Shown here in pieces: positions 26,524 through 38,977 of a stretch of 64,000 bases of DNA; the stretch's first letter is position 1; each line of letters begins with the position of its first letter. The notes beneath the pieces are model-generated. The model saw only the letters and a program-made list of their open reading frames with translations. It made no database searches and was not told where the DNA came from. Source of the stretch: Verrucomicrobiia bacterium (lineage in GTDB: Bacteria; Patescibacteriota; Saccharimonadia; Saccharimonadales; JAGQNK01); the NCBI GenBank assembly GCA_035489575.1, contig DATHJY010000009.1:5517-69516 (forward strand), in the 5' to 3' direction. The position numbers and the translations under genes were made by a program.

Positions 26524-27030
26524 TTAAGCGTGCTTTGGGCGATAAGGAATGCCCGTTTCCTTTGACACACGCTGTGCGAAATCATCTAGATCTGCAAAAT
26601 GCTCGCGCTCGTGCTGAGTGAACTCATCAAAGTCTTTTCTAAGTTCGTTCAGCATCCTGTAGAGCTCTTTGATGTCGTTCTCGATCGCCTCTTGGCGACC
26701 CTCAAGCCGTGCCAGGCGCTGGTTTGTTTCACGCTGGCCACCTTCAAGGTGCTTCTGACCAACTTCAAGCCGTGCCTGGCCTGCCTCAAGGTGCTTTTGA
26801 CTTTTTTCGAGTCGAGCCTGACTCTCCTCAAGGTGCTTTTGACTCTCCTCCAGTCGTGTTTGTCCAACTTCGAGTCGGTCAAGGCGCTGGTTAGCCTCCT
26901 GCTGGTTCGCCTCAAGCTTATCCATGCGTCCACCAAGTTCATTAAAGCCAGTGCCAACCGCAAGAGCAAGCTCCTCGATTGATCCAGCCAAATCAGCTAT
27001 GGTGGTGTCTTTTTTCTCGGCTTGAGTCAT
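26524..27030 (-). CDS. coiled-coil heptad-repeat protein, function unknown
   Basis: 168 aa. The central region is made of 7 aa units (GQTRLEE SQKHLEE SQARLEK SQKHLEA GQARLEV GQKHLEG). Confidence 0.5.
   Translation of the reverse strand: MTQAEKKDTTIADLAGSIEELALAVGTGFNELGGRMDKLEANQQEANQRLDRLEVGQTRLEESQKHLEESQARLEKSQKHLEAGQARLEVGQKHLEGGQRETNQRLARLEGRQEAIENDIKELYRMLNELRKDFDEFTQHEREHFADLDDFAQRVSKETGIPYRPKHA
26680..26910 (-). repeat. in-frame 21 bp tandem repeats encoding the heptads
   Basis: Repeated CTCAAGGTGCTTTTGAC / CTCGAGTCG-type 21-mers are visible on the plus strand at 26700-26880. Confidence 0.5.
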
Positions 27031-27076
27031 AAAGTCATTATATCATTGGCATCCGACGAGCTTAACGTAATAACCG

Positions 27077-28513
27077 CTATGCGTAATTATCAGTCCAGTC
27101 GTTCTGCAACACCCAGAGGTCTCCGGCGGCCACCAAGTGTTCCATTCCCGTGTAGAAACGCAGAGGATTGTCCTCTATATGTAGTTCGTTGCTAAAGCCG
27201 GCGTCTTTCAGGCCAGCTTCTATGGCTGGACGGGCTGAGTTTTCCATCAGAACCACGCGATCAGGATTGGCCCCCGCTATGAGCTGCCCCATGTGGTGAT
27301 GCACACGAACGGTTTCTATGCCCTGATCGACCAAACCTGGTGTCACATACACCTTGCGCTTGGCGGGCAAGTCTTTGAGCAAGGCTAGGCCAGCCTTGAT
27401 GCCGTCGATATTGCCGTTGTAGGTATCGTCGATAATCCAGGCGCCGCCAAGCGGGCGTGGCTGCATGCGGTGTTCGAATGGCACAGTCTTGGCCACGCCC
27501 TCTTCTATGTCCTTTTTGCTCAGCCCCAGGCCATCGGCTATTGCCGATACAGCTGCCAATGGCCCCACCTGGTGTCGCCCCAGCAATCCACTATGCAAGG
27601 ATAGCTTTTTGCTGCCTTTGGCCATGGTAAACCGGACGCCGTCGAAGCCTACCTTTACGCCGCTGATCTTCCAACTGCCCACATGGTGAGCATCGTAGGT
27701 AATATGACTATCGGCGATATAAGGTTGAGCCGCCTCTGACTCGGCATTTACATAAACCTGCCTGTTGTCTAGGTAGTCCGCCAGACTAAAGATGTCCCGA
27801 GCGGCAGCCTCCAGCGTGGGGTACTGGTCCAGGTGGGCAGGCGCGATACCCGTAATAACGCCAATGGTGGGCCGAGTAGTCTGCGAAAAACGAGCCACGT
27901 CACCGGGCGCGCCCTCGCCATATTCGATAACCAGTACGTCTTCGCCGCCAGCGAGCTTTTTGGCAAACAAAGCGTGCGAGCTGGCCACATTTTTGTTGGC
28001 CGGTGTGATAGCCACCTTCCTGCCCTCGGCTAGGACCGTGCCCAGCAGTTCTTTCATGGTGGTTTTGCCGTAACTGCCGGCCACCGCAATTGTGGTGGCC
28101 GAATGCTTGGCAAAAATATCACGCGACTCGGCAATCAGCTTCTTTTCTTTGGGCCTGGTAATAAACACCCGCCCCAGCCACAACGGCACCACTATCAGAT
28201 GCGCCCACACCAACGGCGACAACCATACCAAACAAACGCCACTAATCCCGACCGAATAATGCGCACCCCTAGCCCACAGGCCAATACAGAACAGGCCCAG
28301 CAGAATTTGCAGACCCATGCCGGCCACCAGTGCTAGTAACAGCATTTTCGCCGCCTTGGTCTTTTGCAGATCGCGCCGTTTCATAACTACGCCAAAACTG
28401 GGTGTTCGCCAGTACCATTTCAGGTAAGGTTCTATTTGGTATTCGGTACTCTGCAACATGTAGATCACCGTCTTTGGGTATCGTGGAGAAAATGAACTGA
28501 TGGTTTTTCTCAT
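27077..28513 (-). CDS. murF: Mur ligase, MurF-like (D-alanyl-D-alanine adding) with an N-terminal transmembrane region
   Basis: Central P-loop AVAGSYGKTTMKE and a C-terminal Mur ligase domain. The first ~125 aa contain 2-3 hydrophobic helices instead of a soluble N-domain. Sits in a cluster with alr and ddl. Confidence 0.75.
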   Translation of the reverse strand: MRKTISSFSPRYPKTVIYMLQSTEYQIEPYLKWYWRTPSFGVVMKRRDLQKTKAAKMLLLALVAGMGLQILLGLFCIGLWARGAHYSVGISGVCLVWLSPLVWAHLIVVPLWLGRVFITRPKEKKLIAESRDIFAKHSATTIAVAGSYGKTTMKELLGTVLAEGRKVAITPANKNVASSHALFAKKLAGGEDVLVIEYGEGAPGDVARFSQTTRPTIGVITGIAPAHLDQYPTLEAAARDIFSLADYLDNRQVYVNAESEAAQPYIADSHITYDAHHVGSWKISGVKVGFDGVRFTMAKGSKKLSLHSGLLGRHQVGPLAAVSAIADGLGLSKKDIEEGVAKTVPFEHRMQPRPLGGAWIIDDTYNGNIDGIKAGLALLKDLPAKRKVYVTPGLVDQGIETVRVHHHMGQLIAGANPDRVVLMENSARPAIEAGLKDAGFSNELHIEDNPLRFYTGMEHLVAAGDLWVLQNDWTDNYA

Positions 28514-29271
28514 TTTAGGAATCCTTTGACCAGCTCATAAACCTCATCCAGTCGGTCGTGGTGCACAAAATGTCCGGCACCTGGCAACACTTGTAATTTG
28601 CTGCCAGCAATGGCCACGTGGAATAGCTCGCCGTAAGTCACTGGCGTCGCGGTGTCTTCTGATCCATATATTAAAAGTGTGGGCAGTTTTAATGTGGCGG
28701 CCTCTGTCTGAACGTCATCGGTTACTATTTTCTTGAAGGTTTCTTGCAGGTGCTCGGCAACAAACAGGTCTGAACCGATGGCTTTATAGGCCTTCTTTTT
28801 CAGCCTGGTCTGGACCGACTTAGGCAGTGGCGCAGTAGCTAGCTTGGCAGTCTTGGCTGCCAGCCGGAGCATTTTCTTCCGGCCCCTGTACACATCCCGT
28901 ATGCCAGCTGATGCCAGTAACACCAGGATGTCCGCTTTTAGTTCGCCAGTGGCAAGCCCTTTTATGGCAATGGTTCCGCCGTTGGAGTGGCCCACAATAC
29001 CCTGTAGTTTGGGGGCATCAATTTTTTTTAGAAACTGTGACACAAAATGAACGTAGTCACCCACTCCCCACGTTTCTTGTGGTGGCTGCGTGCCGCCAAA
29101 GCCTGGCAGATCTACCACTATAGTTGTGTGTGTTGTCTGAAGCTTTTTGGCTAGCTGGGCAAAAGTAGCCTGACTGTCACCCCAGCCATGCAACAGCAGC
29201 ACTGCCGGACCCTTGCCAGCTTGCTCGTAAGTAGTGAGCAGATTGTCTACGACAACATTCATTACTGGCAT
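28510..29271 (-). CDS. alpha/beta hydrolase
   Basis: HGWGDS oxyanion region and GHSNGG nucleophile elbow. 4 nt overlap with murF. Confidence 0.7.
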   Translation of the reverse strand: MPVMNVVVDNLLTTYEQAGKGPAVLLLHGWGDSQATFAQLAKKLQTTHTTIVVDLPGFGGTQPPQETWGVGDYVHFVSQFLKKIDAPKLQGIVGHSNGGTIAIKGLATGELKADILVLLASAGIRDVYRGRKKMLRLAAKTAKLATAPLPKSVQTRLKKKAYKAIGSDLFVAEHLQETFKKIVTDDVQTEAATLKLPTLLIYGSEDTATPVTYGELFHVAIAGSKLQVLPGAGHFVHHDRLDEVYELVKGFLK

Positions 29272-29291
29272 TATAACCCTAAACGCTTATG

Positions 29292-30203
29292 CTACTGGAT
29301 AGATTGCAGCTTGGCCTGTAGCTCTTCAGTTGGAATAGTGTTTTCCGGAATAGTTACACCACGATTAATGCCAAAGCTACCATATTTTTCAATCCGGCTG
29401 CCCATTTGGTATTGGATCTCGACAAATCGCTGGCTCCAGACGTCTACCTTGATCTTGAAGACAATAGGTTCGCCGTCTTTGTACTGCGAAGGGTCGATAC
29501 TCTCTAAGTGGGTAAGGTTCATATCAGAAGCAAATTGCTTCAGCATAGTCACATAGGCCTCGGGCTTTACACTGACATCATAGGTATAGAATGGCCGACC
29601 ACCTTCTATAGCGTGCACTACTTTTTGTTGATCTATTTCGTAGACGTTTTTGTCGCGGATGAGCTTGAGCAGCCCCTGGCGCTTTTGGACATTCAGATTG
29701 GCAACCGGCACAACGCCCAGCGTTGATTCGTTATAAAGGTCACCGGCGGTCATACCCTGAGCAGGCTCGGATTTGCCCCAGATATTGAGCAAGCTGGAAA
29801 AATCCAATGATTGTCCCCCGGCATTTTTCTGAGTGGTATCTATCTGCGCATAACGCACATAGTCAGCCGTAGGCGTACCGACAGACTCGGTTTTGATAGT
29901 AGCGTTGACCTCGCCGGTCTGGTCGATAGTACTGGTACTGCGGGCGACATGTTGCGCACCTTGGCTAAGGTAGGCGTCCTGATGTAACTTTTGCGGACCA
30001 CTTTCTTGGGTCACCTGGCGGCTTATGCCGGTCGTGCGCAAGCTGTTGTCTATTGCAGAGTAAAAAGTTCGTTCAGGATTGCTACGGACTACATGCCACC
30101 AAGCCCAGCCACTAATGCCGAATATTACCACCGCTGCTACTGTAAAGATTGAAGCCCATCGACCTTGGTCGGACGAGCCGGGGAGTTTGTTGAGTGATTT
30201 CAT
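29292..30203 (-). CDS. hypothetical membrane-anchored protein
   Basis: N-terminal TM helix (WASIFTVAAVVIFGISGWAWW) followed by a ~260 aa soluble domain. No recognised motifs. Confidence 0.45.
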   Translation of the reverse strand: MKSLNKLPGSSDQGRWASIFTVAAVVIFGISGWAWWHVVRSNPERTFYSAIDNSLRTTGISRQVTQESGPQKLHQDAYLSQGAQHVARSTSTIDQTGEVNATIKTESVGTPTADYVRYAQIDTTQKNAGGQSLDFSSLLNIWGKSEPAQGMTAGDLYNESTLGVVPVANLNVQKRQGLLKLIRDKNVYEIDQQKVVHAIEGGRPFYTYDVSVKPEAYVTMLKQFASDMNLTHLESIDPSQYKDGEPIVFKIKVDVWSQRFVEIQYQMGSRIEKYGSFGINRGVTIPENTIPTEELQAKLQSIQ

Positions 30204-30381
30204 TTCCCCATTGTATCAATATAAGAGAAGAGGGACCAAGTATTACAGGATTTGTAAAAATTGGTCCCTTGTCCAGGGGGAATCGCGGACACCTTATAGG
30301 TGCCGGATGCTTCGTTGCTGGACACTCCAACAACTACTTATCCCTAGACGCCCGTCACGTTGCTTGCCCCTGGTAAGGGTC

Positions 30382-30630
30382 TTATGTCTCGAACATGAGC
30401 ACCTTCTTGGCGCGCTGCCGGGCACTCAAGCCAGGCCACCGCTGCTTAGAGTCGCGGAACACGATGTACGAGAAGGCAAAGGCCAGAACCAGTGGAGTCC
30501 CGAGCAGCGACACCCACTGAGCGGCTTCAAGCCCCCAGATGATGTAGCTCCACAGGATGGCACCAATGACCCCAATCATAGGAATCACAAAGACCGCCCA
30601 GAACTTTCTCTCGCCTGGTGTTTCGAACAT
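30382..30630 (-). CDS. hypothetical small membrane protein
   Basis: 82 aa with two hydrophobic helices. GC-rich relative to its flanks. Confidence 0.4.
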   Translation of the reverse strand: MFETPGERKFWAVFVIPMIGVIGAILWSYIIWGLEAAQWVSLLGTPLVLAFAFSYIVFRDSKQRWPGLSARQRAKKVLMFET

Positions 30631-30734
30631 GGCCGTCCTTTTAATGTGTCCCGCCGTGGCAGGGTCTATCCATTCGGAGAGACACCTTTATTATACCGAG
30701 TGATACTGGTATAATAAGCAACTGAAATTTCTAT

Positions 30735-30811
30735 GGGGCATTGGCGCAGTTGGCTAGCGCGCCTCGATGGCATCGAGGAGGTCATCGGTTCGAATCCGAT
30801 ATGCTCCACCA
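30735..30811 (+). tRNA. tRNA-Ala (anticodon GGC), CCA encoded
   Basis: Cloverleaf folded by hand: acceptor GGGGCAT/ATGCTCC with the G3:U70 Ala identity pair, anticodon loop AT-GGC-AT, T-arm GGTTCGAATCC. Confidence 0.9.
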
Positions 30812-30844
30812 AGTACGAATACGTATCCTGGCATCAAGAGCTAA

Positions 30845-30870
30845 GCCCGTCCGATTGGACGGGCTTTCAT
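30845..30870 (+). terminator. rho-independent terminator after tRNA-Ala
   Basis: GCCCGTCC-gatt-GGACGGGC followed by TTTCATTT. Confidence 0.6.
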
Positions 30871-30930
30871 TTGCCGTGAACCTGAGGTCTTGATCTAAGC
30901 TATACTAGAACGGTATAAAGGAGCATCTAC

Positions 30931-31317
30931 ATGGCAGACAAGCTAGATTTTTCAGGCACTTGGAAAAGCACATTTGAGTACGTAAATAAGCTAGAGCCAG
31001 AAGGCGGCAAGAGCGAGTACGACATCAAGATCCACCAAATGGGCAACCAGCTGGTCTTAGAAAGCATAGCTACTCCTGCTGGCAACTACTTTGTAGCCCG
31101 CCTGAGCCTAGACGACCACCTAAATCTACTAACAGGCAACTGGCAAGAAGACGCCTCGCCAGGCGGCGCCTACAAAGGCCAAGCCTACTACGGCGTAGGC
31201 ATGCTCAAGATAGACCCAGACGGTACAACCCTTCGTGGCAAGATTGTCGAATACAACAACGACGTAGAGATCATCAGCGGCGACTGGGAAGTGACGCGCA
31301 CAGACAAAACTGCCTAA
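30931..31317 (+). CDS. hypothetical protein
   Basis: 128 aa with AGGAG upstream. Beta-rich sequence with no recognised motif. Confidence 0.5.
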   Translation: MADKLDFSGTWKSTFEYVNKLEPEGGKSEYDIKIHQMGNQLVLESIATPAGNYFVARLSLDDHLNLLTGNWQEDASPGGAYKGQAYYGVGMLKIDPDGTTLRGKIVEYNNDVEIISGDWEVTRTDKTA

Positions 31318-31342
31318 AATATCGACTGTAAACGCCATATAA

Positions 31343-31372
31343 AAGAACCGACCAAAAGCCGGTTCTTTTATT
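31343..31372 (+). terminator. rho-independent terminator
   Basis: AGAACCG-accaaaagc-CGGTTCT followed by TTTTATT. Confidence 0.55.
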
Positions 31373-31515
31373 CGTGCGCGCCCACCCTGCGGCGGATACT
31401 ACGCCCATCTTTTTATTTTTGCACAGTTCTTGCAGCTGGTGTGGAGCAAGAAATTGTGAAGATGTTTGTTTTTCTTCGCCGCATAATGCGCACGATTACT
31501 ATTAGCATAACCTAT

Positions 31516-33126
31516 TTACTCAATACCGTCCACAAACCTGTAGAGTTCGAGTTGGAAATTGGCGTCGGTCAAGTAGAGTGCTGATGGCGAGGTTGCCTTG
31601 ATGGTATTTGGATAATCAATGGTTACCATAACGACATTGCCCTTCTGCTGAAGGTAAAAAGTCGTAGGTACACTCACGGCTTCTTGGTGGTTCTTGAACG
31701 AGTCGTAATACAGCGCCTTACCCTTGGGCGTCTTCACGGCTATGCACCGAAGTAGCTTGGGCTCGGGCCGACGCGAGGCTTCTTTGCGCTCTGCCTGGCC
31801 CAACCTGCCTACTTGACGCAGTCCCGAGAAGTCACATTTTTCGTCTTTGTATTTATAAGGATCCAACACCGGGTCGTCCCTCAGCACTGTTACCTCGAAA
31901 AAATTCTGAGGGGCAAAAGTGATATCAGTGACCGGGGGTTGAGCCTGTACCTTCTTGATCCGCGCTTGGGTGGTGAGCGTCAGGTAACCAGGATACTGCT
32001 CGAACCGGTAGCCGCATTCATACCAGGTAGCAGCTACTTCTGTTTTGGAGCAAGGTATGTCTTTTGAATCCTCTTGGACCCCCGGCGGTAGGTAGCGCGG
32101 ATAGACTGCCCAGTCTATATCTGAGACCTTTCGGTATACAAAGTCCGGTGTTGGCGGATCGTATAACTGGACGAGAATGTTCAGGCCCAGCACGGCAACC
32201 GCCAAAATACCGACAAGTGCGACTTTGTAGCGAAATACATTGGTGACATAGGTAAACAGCACAAACACGAACGCACCGACCAGGAACATGCCACCCAGTA
32301 CCGCTGCCGGGTTACTATACAGCCGCTCCCAGCGGGTGAGTTCGTATCCTTTTAGATACTTGAGTTCGGTCCCCGGCAATTTAGAAAGCAGTATAAAGCC
32401 AGCATACAAGGTAGTCATAGACAGAGTTGCAATCGTCATCGCAGCCTCTAACCCACGATGCTTCAAACTGTTATAGGCGATAATAATAGCGCAACAATAA
32501 ACCAGTGCAGGCAATCCGTTCTGAAAAATCATGGCAGTGTAGAGCGCCACTATAAAACTCATAGACGTCAGAACTGCAATAAAGGCCATCAACAGAAGCT
32601 GCGTGGCCGCTCCCAATAGGGCAACCTGAGCCCACGGAATTTTGTACTGCTCGATCTTCACAATGCCGGCCTGTGGATGGTTGGGCGAGATTGGCAAAAC
32701 ATCATCGGACCTTGCCCTTCTCCCTACGTCTATGCGTGCCTTCAGGATGAGCAAGAACAGCCCACCCAGCGCCACAATACTGGGCACGCTAAACCGAACC
32801 TCACCGGCAAAAGGCGCAAACACCGAGTAAGAAGCCAATATGGCCAAGACTTCTATCATGATCAAGGCGAGCCATAGTGACAACAGCAGCGAAACAGTCT
32901 TGAAACGGTTTGATACCAAACACATCACGCCCACGCCACCGAACCCTATAGATATCACCAGAAATGGCAGAAAGACAGAAAGACTGTTGGAGACGCTATA
33001 AGTGTCTCTTATTACAGATACGTCCGAAGCAGCCAACCCCAAGCACGCTACGCTGCCAAAAATGGTTACAACGCCCAAAATCCTGAGAGACAACGGACGC
33101 TTTGCAGTGTGCATTTTGTTCTCCAA
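31516..33126 (-). CDS. hypothetical polytopic membrane protein with a C-terminal soluble domain
   Basis: 536 aa: about 9 hydrophobic helices in the first 330 aa, then a ~200 aa hydrophilic domain. Confidence 0.5.
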   Translation of the reverse strand: MENKMHTAKRPLSLRILGVVTIFGSVACLGLAASDVSVIRDTYSVSNSLSVFLPFLVISIGFGGVGVMCLVSNRFKTVSLLLSLWLALIMIEVLAILASYSVFAPFAGEVRFSVPSIVALGGLFLLILKARIDVGRRARSDDVLPISPNHPQAGIVKIEQYKIPWAQVALLGAATQLLLMAFIAVLTSMSFIVALYTAMIFQNGLPALVYCCAIIIAYNSLKHRGLEAAMTIATLSMTTLYAGFILLSKLPGTELKYLKGYELTRWERLYSNPAAVLGGMFLVGAFVFVLFTYVTNVFRYKVALVGILAVAVLGLNILVQLYDPPTPDFVYRKVSDIDWAVYPRYLPPGVQEDSKDIPCSKTEVAATWYECGYRFEQYPGYLTLTTQARIKKVQAQPPVTDITFAPQNFFEVTVLRDDPVLDPYKYKDEKCDFSGLRQVGRLGQAERKEASRRPEPKLLRCIAVKTPKGKALYYDSFKNHQEAVSVPTTFYLQQKGNVVMVTIDYPNTIKATSPSALYLTDANFQLELYRFVDGIE

Positions 33127-33146
33127 ACTAACCCCAATCCCCTGCC

Positions 33147-33665
33147 CTAGGCAAGTATCTGTTTTTCTATATGTACTAGTTCATCTGCACAGACCCTGAA
33201 GACGGTTTCGCTGCGTAGCTTTGCCTCTGTACCCTCAAACCATACCGATAGCCACTTACAGTGCAAGCCATTTTTCTCCTCGGTCCACTTCATATCTTCT
33301 TTCTCTGCGACAGCTTTGGCCGAGCTGTTTGGTGGGATAATGAAATCTACATGATCCAGCCCCACGGCATCGGACGAGCCAGGACGACGCTGCATGAGCT
33401 TGATAAGCGTTACACCGCCGGGGAGTGAGGCATCCCTCAGATGCAAGCTAGCCAGCCAGCGTTCGTTTATCCATCCCAGATGGATTTGGTCTGATTGGTC
33501 CTTTAGCTCGGCAAATAGTTTGTCGAATTCGGCCAGGTCGGTTGTTTTCCATGCAACCGAAGTTGGCCGGAGCGAGGCAAAAAACTCTTTGTTAGAGCGA
33601 TCGGCTATAAATGTGGCCCATTTGGTTTGATAGTCTTCGAGTGCGGCAGTTAACTCTTCTAGCAT
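33147..33665 (-). CDS. VOC-superfamily, YecM-like protein (tentative)
   Basis: Length and the LDHVDFIIP / KLRSETV pattern recall YecM-type metal-binding proteins. The similarity is recalled from memory only. Confidence 0.35.
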   Translation of the reverse strand: MLEELTAALEDYQTKWATFIADRSNKEFFASLRPTSVAWKTTDLAEFDKLFAELKDQSDQIHLGWINERWLASLHLRDASLPGGVTLIKLMQRRPGSSDAVGLDHVDFIIPPNSSAKAVAEKEDMKWTEEKNGLHCKWLSVWFEGTEAKLRSETVFRVCADELVHIEKQILA

Positions 33666-33666
33666 A

Positions 33667-34371
33667 TTATTTTCCCTCCTTAGGCTTTGGCGTTACCTGG
33701 GGCAGGACGCCAAATGTCAGTATAAACGCGAACACTACCGCAAAGCCACACATGATACTGGGTATGCCCATCAGTGATTCTGGTCTGAGGATATTAACAG
33801 TGGCGGTCGGCAGCAAGAACACAAGATAGCCGGCCACCAGCAACATCAGCGCATTTCCCTGCTTCTTTTTGGCCTTGCGCAGGAACCGAGTCGCCAACAC
33901 GATGCCCCCGAGCAACCACCCATAGTAGTACACGCAGTAAAGTTCCATCAGACTGCCGCGCAAGTCAAAGATGACATAATTTCCGCCGCAAGCATGACCC
34001 ACAAAGGCCCAGTCGCCTGCGCCAAACAGTACCGCCCAGGCCAGCCCCGTGGCGTAGGCAATGTATACCAAGCGGCGCCCCGGCCGCTCGGCAATCAGAT
34101 GCACCAAGTGCAACCCCAAGGGTGGCAAAGCCGTAATAGCCACAAACCCAACGCGTGACCACAGGGCAGCAGAGGTGCCGGTGCCTCCACAGACGTAGTA
34201 CTCGGCCAGCTGAAAAGTAGCCAAGAACACCAATGCACTGCTGATCAGCCTGACAATTGGCGACATTTTGTACCGCCACAACACATATGCCAACAAGGCA
34301 CTCTCTATCAGAAAGGTGGCCACCATAACAGGCGGCGAAAAACAGTACAGCACTGTCTGCTTTTGCTTCAT
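33667..34371 (-). CDS. hypothetical integral membrane protein
   Basis: 234 aa with about 7 hydrophobic helices. Confidence 0.45.
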   Translation of the reverse strand: MKQKQTVLYCFSPPVMVATFLIESALLAYVLWRYKMSPIVRLISSALVFLATFQLAEYYVCGGTGTSAALWSRVGFVAITALPPLGLHLVHLIAERPGRRLVYIAYATGLAWAVLFGAGDWAFVGHACGGNYVIFDLRGSLMELYCVYYYGWLLGGIVLATRFLRKAKKKQGNALMLLVAGYLVFLLPTATVNILRPESLMGIPSIMCGFAVVFAFILTFGVLPQVTPKPKEGK

Positions 34372-34412
34372 ATTATTTAGAGCATAAGCTATTTAGCCGT
34401 GATTTCAAAACC

Positions 34413-37413
<3,001 letters not shown>

Positions 37414-37422
37414 GATTTTCTC

Positions 37423-38301
37423 TTACTTAGCTTCACTCATATGTCGCAACTTTGCAACGCGATCTTGCAACGGAGGGTGGGTGCTGAATAGGTTAGATAG
37501 GCCCTTACCCTTTAGCGGGTTGGCAAAAAAGAAGTGGGCCGTAGAAGCATTTTGCTTTTTGAGGGCGCTACCATGGGCTTCTATCTTTTCGAGTGCACTG
37601 GCCAGCCCCTCGGGATACCGAGTAGTTAGCGCCCCGGTGGCATCGGCCAGGTATTCCCGGCGCCTAGATATTGCCAGCTGGATAAAGACAGCTATAAGCG
37701 GTGCAATGATAGCGGCAGCGATGCCCAGTACAAAGAAGAGTGTATTGCCCCCACCCTCATCATCATTGTCCCGAAACCACACCATTCGAAGCATAAAGTC
37801 AGCAATGATGCTGACAATGGCCACCAGGGCGAAAGCAATCATGGACACCCGAATATCATAGTTTTTAATATGCCCTAATTCGTGCGCCATCACCCCTTCT
37901 AATTCGGTATCGGTCATAACGTCTAGGATGCCCGTAGTTGCAGCCACAGCTGCATGGTTAGGGTTGCGACCGGTCGCCATAGCATTGGGGGCCGGATCGT
38001 CTATGAGGTATACCTTTGGCATAGGCAAGCCATTGGTAATAGCCAGGTTCTCGACAATACGCCACAGCCGGGGGTTGTCTTTTTTGGCTATCTCTCGGGC
38101 ACCGTTAAAGGCTAGTGCCACGCTAGAGCCCACAAAATAGCTAAACAACGCATACACCCCAGCCCCCGCCAGCACATAGGGCGTGAGGGCCTGCCGGCCC
38201 ATATACAGCCCAAACAGCCAGCCCAAAACGCTTACCAGAAGTATGAACAGTACCATCAATAGTACTGTTCGTCGCTTGTTAGCCGCTATTTCTTTGTACA
38301 C
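37423..38301 (-). CDS. htpX: M48 zinc metalloprotease HtpX
   Basis: HELGHIKNYD zinc motif, 4 TM helices and the EYLADATGA region. Confidence 0.85.
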   Translation of the reverse strand: MYKEIAANKRRTVLLMVLFILLVSVLGWLFGLYMGRQALTPYVLAGAGVYALFSYFVGSSVALAFNGAREIAKKDNPRLWRIVENLAITNGLPMPKVYLIDDPAPNAMATGRNPNHAAVAATTGILDVMTDTELEGVMAHELGHIKNYDIRVSMIAFALVAIVSIIADFMLRMVWFRDNDDEGGGNTLFFVLGIAAAIIAPLIAVFIQLAISRRREYLADATGALTTRYPEGLASALEKIEAHGSALKKQNASTAHFFFANPLKGKGLSNLFSTHPPLQDRVAKLRHMSEAK

Positions 38302-38337
38302 TAGAACTTACCCTGACCAATCAGCCTGAGATTTTGC

Positions 38338-38895
38338 TTAAAATTCAACCTTAGTCGGCTTGCTAATACTTGCCATTTCGCTTTCTTCTACCTCGAAGAA
38401 TGCGCGTGCCTTAAAACCAAGCATGCCCGCAAAGATGTTAGTAGGGAAAGTTTTGACTTTGATATTAAGATCACGAGCCGATCCGTTATAGAACCGGCGA
38501 GCAGCCTGGATCTTGTCCTCGGTATCTACTAATTCTTCTTGGAGGTGCTTGAAGTTTTCGTTAGCCTTTAGGTCTGGGTAGTTTTCGGCAACCGCAAACA
38601 AACTCTTCAGCGTTTGCTCAAAGGCGTTTTCAGCCTTGGCAGTTTCTTCTACACCCTTAGCACCCATTGCTTGGGTACGGGCTTTGGTGACTTCTTCGAA
38701 TACACCCTTTTCGTGTTTGGCGTAGCCTTTGACAGCACTAACCAAATTGGGAATAAGGTCATACCGGCGTTTAAGCTGCACGGTAATGTCGCTCCAAGCC
38801 TCGTCAACTCGGACGTTGGCCCGAACAAGGCCGTTGTACATTGCAATCAAAGCGATAACAACTACCGCAATTACTGCCAGAATTATCCACATCAT
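38338..38895 (-). CDS. lemA: LemA family protein
   Basis: N-terminal TM helix plus YNGLVRANVRVDEAWSDITVQLKRRYDLIPNLV, canonical LemA. Confidence 0.85.
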   Translation of the reverse strand: MMWIILAVIAVVVIALIAMYNGLVRANVRVDEAWSDITVQLKRRYDLIPNLVSAVKGYAKHEKGVFEEVTKARTQAMGAKGVEETAKAENAFEQTLKSLFAVAENYPDLKANENFKHLQEELVDTEDKIQAARRFYNGSARDLNIKVKTFPTNIFAGMLGFKARAFFEVEESEMASISKPTKVEF

Positions 38896-38977
38896 AGGTA
38901 GGTTTTCCCCTTATATTTATCAGTAGTAGTGTAGCACTTTTGGCCCCAGGGTACCACTGTAGAGAGCGCCCGTTTGT

